DNA from: a virus
Direction: 5' to 3' (one strand)
DNA: 64,000 nucleotides
IMG/VR virus record: IMGVR_UViG_3300045738_001212
Location: 1 to 64,000 of that record
Notes under the pieces: model-generated
What the model saw: only the letters and a program-made list of their open reading frames with translations
Database searches by the model: none
Told to the model about the DNA's origin: nothing
Shown here: positions 54,890 to 64,000 of the stretch, piece after piece
Layout: the number at the start of each line of letters is the position of its first letter
Numbering within the stretch: the first letter of the stretch is position 1
Position numbers and translations under genes: made by a program

Positions 54890-55005
54890 GCCAAATTTTT
54901 TAAAATTTTTATAAGACTGAAAAGGCTAAAGAAGCTAAAGTCTAAGACTTATTCATTGATGCCGCCGCGCACCCACCCGTAATTAAAGTTCGCGTGTACG
55001 CTATA

Positions 55006-55196
55006 TTTATTTGGCGATTTTGAAATTTGCGTGGACTTTTCGAGTTCGCTCTCGCGTGATATACGTTTATTTGGCGATTTTGAAATTTGCGTGGACTTTT
55101 CGAGTTCACTCTCGCGTGATATACGTTTATTTGGCGATTTTGAAATTTGCGTAGACTTCTTACGTATACGTTTATTTGGATTTTTTATTATTTGCG
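55006..55196. repeat. 60-bp tandem repeat (about 2.5 copies plus degenerate partial)
   Basis: tttatttggcgattttgaaatttgcgtggacttttcgagttc.ctctcgcgtgatatacg. Confidence 0.92.
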
Positions 55197-55199
55197 GGG

Positions 55200-56880
55200 T
55201 CATTTATAGACCTTCTTTGTCCTCTTGGGCATGGGAACACCGTTCTTGGTCTTCTCCTTTTTGCTCCATTTTATTTTCTTGTAATTTGCACTAAACTTTG
55301 CGCCGACACTTCTCGGCCAATCACCTTTCCCTGCGTCTCTGTATTGTCCTCTTCTCACTCTTTGAACTTCCTTATAATCGTAACCACACGCTGGCCCTTC
55401 GAGTTCGTAATGATTTTTTACGTAATGTCCACCGGAGGTTACGTCTTCGCACATTCTTGAGGTCTTCACGACCCCTTTGCCTTTGGTTTTATCTATCGTC
55501 TTCTTTTCCTGCAAGACCTTGTACTTGCCCTCTAGAAGCTTAGTCTTATTTTTTTTCCTTTTTCTTGCCATGCTTATTATAAATAAATCACAGGAAAAAT
55601 TCCAGAATTTGATCGTCTTTTACTTTAAAGCTAAAAAATTTGATTATCTCTGATGTTGAGGGCACTGATCCGTCTTGAATTTCCCCTACAGCCATCATTT
55701 CCCCATATTTTGCCTCAAACTCTGTTTCTCCTTTGCTTATGTACAGGGTACATTTTTCATATATTATTAATAATATGTGGTTTTTGGAGTGGCATTCCCA
55801 TCTAGCTTTCCCCTCGGGAGAGAAAGAGCCCGTTATACACTCAATCTTCCGGTTACCGTATTCCCAAAGGTCTATCTTGGGAACTGTACGTTGAAGACTA
55901 ATTGCTTCACTAAGGTCCATCTTTCTCTTGGTATTTTTCCGCCCAAAGAAACAGCTTATAGCCAGCTAGGGTGGCTTCTTTATTGTCTGGCGAATCAACA
56001 TGTTGCAGAAACAGCAAAATGTTATCCGACAACTCCCTTTCGTCCATTTGGGCTACGACCTGTTTGACCCAGAGTTTTTCGTGAGGTTCCACCACATCTA
56101 ATCTTTCCAAAAATAACTTGAGCCGAGTATAAGCTCAAACTCTTCAATAAGCGTGTCCTCTTCCATGTTTTTATATCCGTCACTTCCCGCATATAGAAGC
56201 TCACACAACTGTGCGCCAGCTAAATTTTCAGCCCAATGCTCCGCTAACGCAGTACGCATCTGTTCTATTTGGTCACTCGCGTAGGCGGTTTTCATGCTTA
56301 GTAAGCTCTCGCGATGTCTAGCCTTGCCGCTTCATCTTGAGCGTGTTTCATGGTTGCCCACACGTCATGATAGGCGACCAACCTGCTCGTGTCCTTAACT
56401 GAATTTTTATAATTGCTATAGTTTAATTCAGACTCAAGATATTTTTGGAGCCGCACGGCTACCACTTCTTTTGGAAGATATGTTCGATACTTGTAATCAG
56501 TACCCGCGTCCACCTCTATGTCCGCATCGGGAAAATGGGCTTCTATATCGCCTTTATATCGCCCACGGACAAGAAACTCACTCTTTTCGTGAAAATTCTC
56601 CACTACGCTAAGAAAACCCTTGTTTGTGTATAACCACATGTTGTTACCCTTTCTTTTTTTTTGGTTTAGTTGGTTTAGTTGGTTTAGTTGATTCACCGAG
56701 AATCTTTTTTTCTTCTCGACGTTGTTTGTCTTGCTTGGTCTTTTTATTTGGCCAAAAGTTCTTTGCTCCGTGAGCTTTGCATAGGTCATCCCACCAATCT
56801 TTATCCGATTTCACTTCTGGATTATCTATGGCTACGGGTGTTCTATGTACGATTTTTCCTGTGCTGTGTGTAGAATTCAT
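55200..56880 (-). other. small genes 55200-55571 (basic, GKGD.PR motif), 55588-55920, 55910-56110, 56098-56295, 56298-56639, 56644-56880 (TKP x3 from a 9-bp repeat)
   Basis: ORF track with corrected start at 56639; promoter TTGACC-N17-TAAACT near 56900. Confidence 0.65.
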
Positions 56881-57003
56881 AACTTTACTAAAAAAAGTTT
56901 AACATACTCCTGCTTTAAGGTCAAGAAGAAAAGCCTTTATTTTTTAAAAAAAATTAAAAAAAACTCAATTAGGATTTTCCCCTTTATAAGTGTAATTACT
57001 AAC

Positions 57004-57438
57004 GTGCCTATCGAACTAATAACAATGATCGGCGGCGGCGTTACGGGCTTCATCTTTCGCTATATGGCTGAAAGGGCAAAGGAAAGATCAAGGCTCTGGG
57101 AAATGGCTCTCGGCAATAAGGAAGCTGAAGATACTAGCGCAGACAAAGCCGCCAAGAGAGTACCCGTAGACGTTGGGAAATGGGTCAGAAGACTGATCGT
57201 TGTTTGTGTTTTATTTGGCGTGATACTCGCTCCGTTTATTCTAACCCTCTTAGGATACTCTACAATCGTAGAAATAGAAGAGACTGACCCTACTTGGTTT
57301 TTTGGGCTGTTCGGTGGTGGAACTGAAATCTCGTTCATCGAGCTTCCCGCCTATTTAATGGTGAATGAAGTAAGACAAACGCTAACCGCAATCATAGGTT
57401 TCTATTTTGGAAACGCAACAGCAGCATGTAAAACATAA
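57004..57438 (+). CDS. membrane protein, holin-like (GTG start)
   Basis: hydrophobic helices, WVRRLI and IIGFYFG motifs; AAGTGTAAT upstream. Confidence 0.6.
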   Translation: MPIELITMIGGGVTGFIFRYMAERAKERSRLWEMALGNKEAEDTSADKAAKRVPVDVGKWVRRLIVVCVLFGVILAPFILTLLGYSTIVEIEETDPTWFFGLFGGGTEISFIELPAYLMVNEVRQTLTAIIGFYFGNATAACKT

Positions 57439-57584
57439 TGGCAGTAAGAAAAAAAGCGTTCACATACGAACATAAAAAAGTTAAGAAGAAAACTCGTCAA
57501 GGCTGTGGCCAATACAGCAAGGGTATGAAAAAATACAGAGGCCAAGGTGGGCCACGTAAAAGATGTAAACTACAAAAGAAATGA
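57438..57584 (+). CDS. 48-aa basic protein (KKTRQG...KKYRGQG), unlisted
   Basis: TAATG coupling; motif common in small phage proteins. Confidence 0.65.
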   Translation: MAVRKKAFTYEHKKVKKKTRQGCGQYSKGMKKYRGQGGPRKRCKLQKK

Positions 57585-57763
57585 GCTCGTGGTACTTAAC
57601 GTTATTGTGGCTGCCGTTTTTTTGCTTAATGCTTTGGCTATTGCACATAACTAAAAAGAAAAAGTGAAAGACTCTTACCCCAGATTAATTCCCATGTGGG
57701 CTTTGCCCATACCTATACTGATAGCCCTTTGGGCGTCTACATGTCAGTAACCAAGGATAAAAA

Positions 57764-58540
57764 ATGAAATTTAAACAGAAATCTAAATGCTCTAGCAACA
57801 AGGTTAATAAAACCCTACTTCTTCAACTCTTTGTTGTTATTGGCGTGGGTATGCTCATTACCTGCGCTTCTGGATGTAAAACAGGAGGGAAACGGTTGAA
57901 CCCAAATTCTGCCGGAACGATTATTCGGACAAGTGATCCTCGCTCCAACTTTCAACCTCTACCACCAATACCCATTACTCCGCCAAAATCAACACCAGCA
58001 ACGACAAGTGACGCCGTAAGGTCTAGACCCGTCTTACCAGAGCCCAAGTCTGCCGAAGCTAATCCCGTCGTAATTACCCCAGAACCAGCGGGAGAAACAG
58101 AACCATTTACGCCAACGATTAGCACTCCACCAGTAAAACTTCCGCCAGTAAAACTTCCGCCAGTAAAACTTCCGCCAGTAAAACTTCCGCCAATAAAAGC
58201 AGAAGTTAAGTTGCCCGCAAAGCTAATCAAAGGCGACAGTGGGAGCGTTGTTATCACCGATGACGATGGAGCAGCGGGTAAAGACCCACAAATCGCTGGC
58301 TCACATGAGGCTGCTCCAGTAAAAGAATCAACGAATAACTGGCTAGGATTATTTAGTTTTTATATAATTTGCCTTCTTGGCTTAATCATTCTCTGGGTTG
58401 TGTATGACATCATTAAGGATGCCATCCAAATGAAAAAACAAGGCTCCCCAATCAATGACCACCTAGAGAATCTAAAAAAGCCAGCTAAAGGCACAAGAAA
58501 AAGTAGAAAAAAAGCAATCACAAGGAAAAATAAAAAATGA
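57764..58540 (+). CDS. Pro-rich lipoprotein-like protein with C-terminal TM helix and PPVKL repeats
   Basis: ASGC lipobox-like; 15-bp repeat ccgccagtaaaactt at about 58127-58196. Confidence 0.7.
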   Translation: MKFKQKSKCSSNKVNKTLLLQLFVVIGVGMLITCASGCKTGGKRLNPNSAGTIIRTSDPRSNFQPLPPIPITPPKSTPATTSDAVRSRPVLPEPKSAEANPVVITPEPAGETEPFTPTISTPPVKLPPVKLPPVKLPPVKLPPIKAEVKLPAKLIKGDSGSVVITDDDGAAGKDPQIAGSHEAAPVKESTNNWLGLFSFYIICLLGLIILWVVYDIIKDAIQMKKQGSPINDHLENLKKPAKGTRKSRKKAITRKNKK

Positions 58541-58803
58541 AAAAAAGACTCAAGAAAATCTGGAACAAATTCGTACACTGGTGTTGTAAAGTGGGTCTAT
58601 GTAACTTAGACAAGTGCGCTTGCGACTGTCACGGACACCCCAAGGGGCGTAGCAAGGCTTTCTATCCCACCACTCTAAAAGAAGCGAAAGTCACAGTGAA
58701 AGCTGATACGACTGAACTCAAAAAGGTAGTCGAAAAACATAACGCACCCAGCATTGAAAAAGAAAAAACAACATCAAGAGGCAACATGTCCTTTGGCGAT
58801 TAA
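58537..58803 (+). CDS. small Cys-rich protein
   Basis: WCC...C...CACDCH. Confidence 0.65.
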   Translation: MKKRLKKIWNKFVHWCCKVGLCNLDKCACDCHGHPKGRSKAFYPTTLKEAKVTVKADTTELKKVVEKHNAPSIEKEKTTSRGNMSFGD

Positions 58804-58810
58804 GCCCCAG

Positions 58811-59485
58811 TCACGGGCGATAACTGTTTTTATTACAGTGAGGAAACTTTGACGAAGGGGAAGGTACATTTAAGAACGGGCATAGCTTTTCGTATCCATC
58901 ACCCTTGGTGATGTCCATTTCAAGAATATTTTCAAGTGGATTATCAAACTTATAGTTTTCGACTCTCTCGTAAAAATTTAAATAAATTTTTATAAAAGCC
59001 TCTCTCTCAAAAAAAAGTCGCCCGAATCTATATTTTCTATTCACAACCATTCGGTCCGATAAATTTCTTCTTCCACCTTTCGGGCCAAACTCTCCGAACT
59101 GTCTCGCGCATGACATTAGCCACGGCTCTAAGTCTCTTTTAGTCCAGACCAGCCTAGCGTTAGGATACTGTTCTTTTATTTTTTCAAAATCAATCAACCC
59201 ATAAATCTCGGCAATGGAATCCTTTCTTTCCAGAACCTTGTACCAATAGTCTTCATCAAACCAGTCGCAAGGGAAGCTGAAAGTGGAGGCACCTTCTCGG
59301 CATTGCCGGACGAGCAGTTCCCGAAATAATTCGTCTTTCTTTCTAGAGCTTGCCAGTAGTCTCCGATGACGTTGCTCTTTGACCACTAAAGAGTGGCGAG
59401 CAGAGAAACCTAATTTTCTAAGAGCTTTGCAAAAGCTTACCGTACCAGTTTTTGGTAAACCTATGCATATGATCTTTTGTTTCAC
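58811..59485 (-). CDS. sulfotransferase-family protein
   Basis: IGLPKTGT.S (5'-PSB loop), YPNA.L..T.R...W..S, GDGYEKLCPFL...FPH.N. Confidence 0.85.
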   Translation of the reverse strand: MKQKIICIGLPKTGTVSFCKALRKLGFSARHSLVVKEQRHRRLLASSRKKDELFRELLVRQCREGASTFSFPCDWFDEDYWYKVLERKDSIAEIYGLIDFEKIKEQYPNARLVWTKRDLEPWLMSCARQFGEFGPKGGRRNLSDRMVVNRKYRFGRLFFEREAFIKIYLNFYERVENYKFDNPLENILEMDITKGDGYEKLCPFLNVPSPSSKFPHCNKNSYRP

Positions 59486-60609
59486 TAAGCCTCGATCCCA
59501 AGCCGACTCAATCTCTTACCGAACTTGCCGTAAGGGACATGATTGTAAGACAAGTTTCTAGGGAAAGGCTCCCAATAGCCTCTGCGCTGCGCCATGTCCT
59601 TGTCAAAAAACCCTTCCGCCATCAAACTCGCCACACTTGCGGCGGGAAACGCGGTAGCTTTTTGCATTGCTGAAAACTCACTTAAGCCGCCAAAGACTGC
59701 CAATTCCTTTTTCCATTCAACGTCACCTCCATCCACAAATACCTTCATCAAGACGACATCTCCTACTCCCCCCTCGTCCCTGCACCCCCTCTCAAAAGCT
59801 TCTCTCACGCAATCTTCACTCTGATATTCCATTAAGAAGCGAACTACGTCTCGGTGTCCTTTATATCTAAGAGTTTTATAAACGCAGTTTTTAACGCCTT
59901 TTTCTTTCATAGAATGCACCGTATGAGACGCTCCCCCGCTTGTATAAAACGCCTCTAGGTTGCCTAATATCCCACAATCTACGCTCTCCAAACCGTCCAT
60001 CCCCTTCACTAACTTTATTTTGCCATCTTGCAGTATTTCGCAATTATCTTTATACTCGTTTATAAGCCCATCTATAGACCACGTAACGATATAATCTAGG
60101 GGGTGATTTACTTTTACTGTCGGTAAACCACCAACCAGCATCTTAACGGAGTCCACCTGCGTATGAATTTGTTTACACCCATGCTCCGCTAGAATATTCA
60201 CCCATCCCGGAGCTAAACCAAGGTCAGTAAACACTGGCTTGGACGCTTTCTCTTTGGCGTATTCATTAATCCTATGTGATACATCAATTCTGCCCCCCAA
60301 ATCACAGTAACGAAATCCTTTATCAATACACCACGACGCAAGCTTTTCGGTTTGGTGATACGGCAAACTGCTGATTACAACATCAGGTTTTTCAAAAGAC
60401 AGAGCCCTGTCCCAACCTTTCTTTTCATCCGTAAGGTAAAACACCCCGCCAATTCCATCTACGTATTTCCTAAAAGGCTCTACCGCGTCCTTGTTGGAGT
60501 CTACACCAATCACATAGAAACCAAGCTTATTCATGGCGTAACATATTGCTTGGCCCATTCTTCCTACGCCAAGAACTGCTGCTTTTTTACCATCAATGAG
60601 GGCTTTCAT
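59485..60609 (-). CDS. saccharopine dehydrogenase-family NAD(P) oxidoreductase
   Basis: VLGVGRMG, SSLPY, YCDLGG, DLGLAPG, VGGLP, TWSIDGLINEY, EAFYTSGG, YKTLRY.GH. Confidence 0.88.
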   Translation of the reverse strand: MKALIDGKKAAVLGVGRMGQAICYAMNKLGFYVIGVDSNKDAVEPFRKYVDGIGGVFYLTDEKKGWDRALSFEKPDVVISSLPYHQTEKLASWCIDKGFRYCDLGGRIDVSHRINEYAKEKASKPVFTDLGLAPGWVNILAEHGCKQIHTQVDSVKMLVGGLPTVKVNHPLDYIVTWSIDGLINEYKDNCEILQDGKIKLVKGMDGLESVDCGILGNLEAFYTSGGASHTVHSMKEKGVKNCVYKTLRYKGHRDVVRFLMEYQSEDCVREAFERGCRDEGGVGDVVLMKVFVDGGDVEWKKELAVFGGLSEFSAMQKATAFPAASVASLMAEGFFDKDMAQRRGYWEPFPRNLSYNHVPYGKFGKRLSRLGIEA

Positions 60610-60963
60610 CTACTCTCTCCAAGATAACTTTATCAAATTGTCGCCTAAGAACTCTTGCGTGTACCTAACTGCATCCATAGGATCAAAAGCCTTACAGGTA
60701 TAAATATCGACAGAAAAGAACTTAGGAATCCTGTCGTCCCAAGTATAAATGTGCATCCCGCTTTCTTTCCAATGGACAAAGGCGCACCATCCATATTTGG
60801 GTTCATGATTCAAAACGGGAGAAGTAATTGGCTCCATGTCTAATACCGCACTGATTTCCTTGGCGTATTGAGTCATAGCCTCGGGCAAGAAGAGATTATG
60901 CAGCGTCCCTTCTATAATCAAACGCTGCCTACAGATATCAGGAGCTAAGTCTTCCCAAGGCAT
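60610..60963 (-). CDS. speD: S-adenosylmethionine decarboxylase-like pyruvoyl enzyme
   Basis: KES cleavage site, HIYTW, SVDIYTC. Confidence 0.8.
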   Translation of the reverse strand: MPWEDLAPDICRQRLIIEGTLHNLFLPEAMTQYAKEISAVLDMEPITSPVLNHEPKYGWCAFVHWKESGMHIYTWDDRIPKFFSVDIYTCKAFDPMDAVRYTQEFLGDNLIKLSWRE

Positions 60964-60987
60964 TACGTTTATTATATGGCCTTATGC

Positions 60988-61356
60988 TCATTTCTTCCAC
61001 CCTTCCTCGGGCTGGCCAACTTCTTTGTGTTTTCTATAGTCCACCAGTAGTTCTTCGCCCCTCTTTATGTCCTTAGATGAATATAAATAATTAAAATTAT
61101 CAACATAGACGATCTTACAGTTGGGAGATTCTGAATGGTTGAATAAGTGATTCGGCTTTATGTTGACCCACCCGTGGTCGGGATGTAATACGTGAATCTG
61201 CTGGAGGTCAAAGTCCTCCTCAATGTCGTATTTGGCAAATAAACCTTTGCCATGTATCTCACTGGGTTTAAGCTCAATCATGTCCCCCAGACAACCATCC
61301 ACCGATTTGGTAAGCACAATGGGAATCTCTTTGTCTAGTTTCATATCTTCGTCCAT
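60988..61356 (-). CDS. SET-domain protein
   Basis: SEIHGKGLFA..DI, FNHSESPNC, DIKRGEELLVDY. Confidence 0.88.
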   Translation of the reverse strand: MDEDMKLDKEIPIVLTKSVDGCLGDMIELKPSEIHGKGLFAKYDIEEDFDLQQIHVLHPDHGWVNIKPNHLFNHSESPNCKIVYVDNFNYLYSSKDIKRGEELLVDYRKHKEVGQPEEGWKK

Positions 61357-61496
61357 CCTTCAACTGAGTAACCACCATAAGGTCATTACTCCTATAAAAA
61401 TGCCTATTTCAATTGTGTACATGGCGTTAAACCACAAGCACATAGACGCCACAATCATAGATATCCCTATCAACAAATCTCTCCAACTCCTCTGAT

Positions 61497-62075
61497 TCAT
61501 CTCTCTGGTTTCCTGTGTATTTCTGAGGGAAGCAGTTCGTGAAAGTGCCATTCTTGATTTTGGGATTCGCTTCCGTCGCCCTTACCTGACGACTTTCCTA
61601 CGCTAAAGCCAAGCCTTGGTAGACCCTTGCCTTTAGCCAACCTTCCAACCACTGGCTGCCCACTCTTGAGCCTTGGCATGATTCCTTTTTGCAATTGCTC
61701 ATGAAGCCCCCTACTGTATTCTAACCCATATAGGCGTGGCTCAATCTTTTCTTTCCTGTAACCAAAAAACCTCGCAAAGAGATTAGACTCAGGTTCGCCT
61801 ACTGATTCCAATAAGACATAGATTCTGCCCTTGGATTTTGTAAATTTATTTGGCTCCTTAATAATGACCCAATGAATTAACACTTTTTCAGGCACATCAT
61901 CTTCTAGTGCTGGCCACCCCAAGAATGAGCTAATAGACGACCAAAAAATGATAGTAAAGACGCAAAACGCAGAAATACAAGCAGTTTTAAAATACCACCT
62001 CAACTTCGACTCTGTTAGCACCCAAAAAGTTAAGCCTCCGAATACTAGCAATAAAATTGGTAACGCTACATTCAT
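61497..62075 (-). CDS. membrane-anchored hypothetical protein
   Basis: two N-terminal TM helices then GWP motif. Confidence 0.7.
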   Translation of the reverse strand: MNVALPILLLVFGGLTFWVLTESKLRWYFKTACISAFCVFTIIFWSSISSFLGWPALEDDVPEKVLIHWVIIKEPNKFTKSKGRIYVLLESVGEPESNLFARFFGYRKEKIEPRLYGLEYSRGLHEQLQKGIMPRLKSGQPVVGRLAKGKGLPRLGFSVGKSSGKGDGSESQNQEWHFHELLPSEIHRKPER

Positions 62076-63984
62076 GGTATCAAGTCATCTTTCAGGTACA
62101 TTTCATAAAATTTTTCCAACTCATTTTCTATATCAAAGTCCAGTTCCCTGTCCATGCCCGTCTCGGCAAAATAAATATTACACTCGTCTTCGTTCAGATC
62201 AAGCCACTCTTCAAAAGTCATTTTTGTTTTTTGCTCAATTTGCTTTTTGGAGGGCATTTTAATAATATTTTTCATTACACGTTTATCTCATCGACATATT
62301 ACTTGGACATGTCCTTTAAGGCTTTAAAAAGGTACTTGTCTTATCCATTTTGCATCCTTCCATTATCTTTTCGATAAGCCATTTTTCCATGCCCCTTTTT
62401 GTGGCCCTCTTTTTGCCCGTCGCCTTCTTGTAGGCTTGCTTCCACTCTTCATCGAACTCACATTCAAGGAGTAAGCTCCCATCTTTTTGCGGTTTTTCTG
62501 ATAATATTTTGAACATCATATTAAAATGTTATTTTGCGCTCCAGCTTCCACAAGCTACCGGAAATTTTGCGTGTCCAGTTAAGTGATCTAGTTAAAAGCC
62601 TAAACTTAAATCTTACTAGCTTATTCCAATACTTGAAGCAATATTTGTATCTCCATTTCTCTTCATATTCTTTTCGGTCTTTTGCTTCTTCTTTCCATTT
62701 TATCTGATTGGCTTTGATCTCTGTGTTGTCATCAAGCCTGTATTGTGCTAGTTCCACGTCTCCTTGCACTTCTCCACTCTTTACATGGACGCGGTAATCT
62801 ATCCAAGCATCATGCGTACTGTCTACATCATGAAGAATATCGTAGAACGTAATATAGCCTGTAAAGTTGTCCCTTACCCACTCATGGCTCTTTTCTTCCA
62901 TAGACCACATAGGACTCCAAAACCCCCCGCTATCTCTATCCTTCTTCTCCTTTTCAGTTAGCTCCCTGTCCTCGTACTCCACCTTCTTCTCGTAAAGAAT
63001 TTTATCTTTGCCAATCTTGTACTCCATGAGGCAGTTAGCCAAATCCTTGGTTTGGAATACGTGGTCGTACCTAAAAGTAGGGACAGTATTCGCCCCGCCT
63101 CGTGGTAGCGGCATTTCGCAACTTATATTATCAAACATCCCCATAATTAATATCCATTCTGTCTTGTTATTGTCGTCCCAAATCCTAAAATTCTCAAAGT
63201 AAAATACCAATAAAACTCATCTTCTCTATGCAAAAAACACTCAGTAGGAAAACTAAAGCCATATGCGTAATACGGCTCATCGGGAGCCACCCAGCCCAAT
63301 TTCTTTCTTCTCCCTACCCACGGGAAATTGACATCGACTTCCCAATAGTCGCTCCAGTGTTTTTCTTTTCTATAAAGTTTCATTTTTTTAAAATTCTAAT
63401 TAGCAAAAGAACAGCTATCACCATTAAAGTCCATTTAATCCAAAGCAAAGCGTCGGTTATTTCCGGTGGCGTTACTATTTGTATGTCTGGGTTAACCTCT
63501 ATATTTATAGGGGGGCCAAGGATACCGTCAATTATTCCTTTCTTGTTCACAATAAAGCTTCTTCTATATTAATTTTATTTTTATTTTCACCCAAGGTGTG
63601 TGAGAAAAGGTCGTCGTATCTTTCTTGATAATAATTTAAATACTTGAGCATACCGTATTTCCTGATTTTGTCTTGAAAATTGGTGTCAAATTCTGGAAAG
63701 TCGGCAGTGTAATAATCTTCATTGTCTTTTATTTTTTCGTATTCTTCTTTGTATAGGTCTACATGATCCAAAAGGCCAATTATCCTATAGAGGTCTTTTA
63801 GCACTTTTACAATAATGACACCAAGCTCCTTGCTCGTCTCCTCGAAAGTTTTATTTAATTTCTCCGCTTCTTCAGGGTCTTCGAGGAACAAAACAAGTTC
63901 TTCGTTGGATATTCTATGATGCTCCTTAAGGTAAAACCCCAAAGAGTCATAGTTCATCATGTAATCATCAAAAAAATCTTTCAT
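62072..63984 (-). other. hypothetical genes 62072-62275, 62316-62519, 62521-63210 (likely start MGMFD), 63147-63383, 63547-63984
   Basis: co-oriented ORFs. Confidence 0.6.
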
Positions 63985-64000
63985 AATTTAAATTTAGAGG

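Noticed and set aside
54949-55203. 84-aa repeat protein as a confident gene
   Set aside because: Frame stays open because the repeat unit is 60 bp; it has ATGA coupling, so it is unresolved rather than supported

Overview
A 64-kb segment of a large tailed dsDNA phage genome read in the standard genetic code. No capsid or polymerase gene lies in the window. About 1-28 kb is a mostly minus-strand late/virion and packaging block: a ppGalNAc-T-like glycosyltransferase beside a mucin-like Thr-repeat protein, two G-X-T collagen fibres with cupredoxin-like and CBM-like domains, two paralogous structural proteins, a tubulin/FtsZ-family GTPase, probable portal, large terminase, ERCC4 nuclease, a sigma-like factor, a plus-strand glycosyltransferase island and PhoH. 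About 28.4-57 kb is an early/accessory region with dozens of small genes plus DUF932, SprT, Gp88-like, RuvB-like, rIIA/rIIB and methyltransferases. About 57-64 kb holds membrane proteins and a SET / AdoMet decarboxylase / saccharopine-dehydrogenase-family / sulfotransferase cluster. The most unusual signals are non-coding and point to RNA-level control of translation. About 20 TTGAC-N17-TANNNT promoters make leaderless mRNAs, and a frame-independent (G)AAACCUAC motif sits at many of their 5' ends. Three genes carry 3' hairpins whose loops are complementary to their own translation-initiation regions. There are two tandem small RNAs displaying anti-Shine-Dalgarno sequence, a promoter-driven ~370-nt array of GAGGAUUAMAACA repeats, a ~125-nt tRNA-mimic RNA and an unannotated 37-aa ArfA-like peptide. 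Separately, eight copies of a fixed-length 35-bp dyad DNA element punctuate 29-40 kb. All functional assignments come from by-eye motif recognition; no searches were run.
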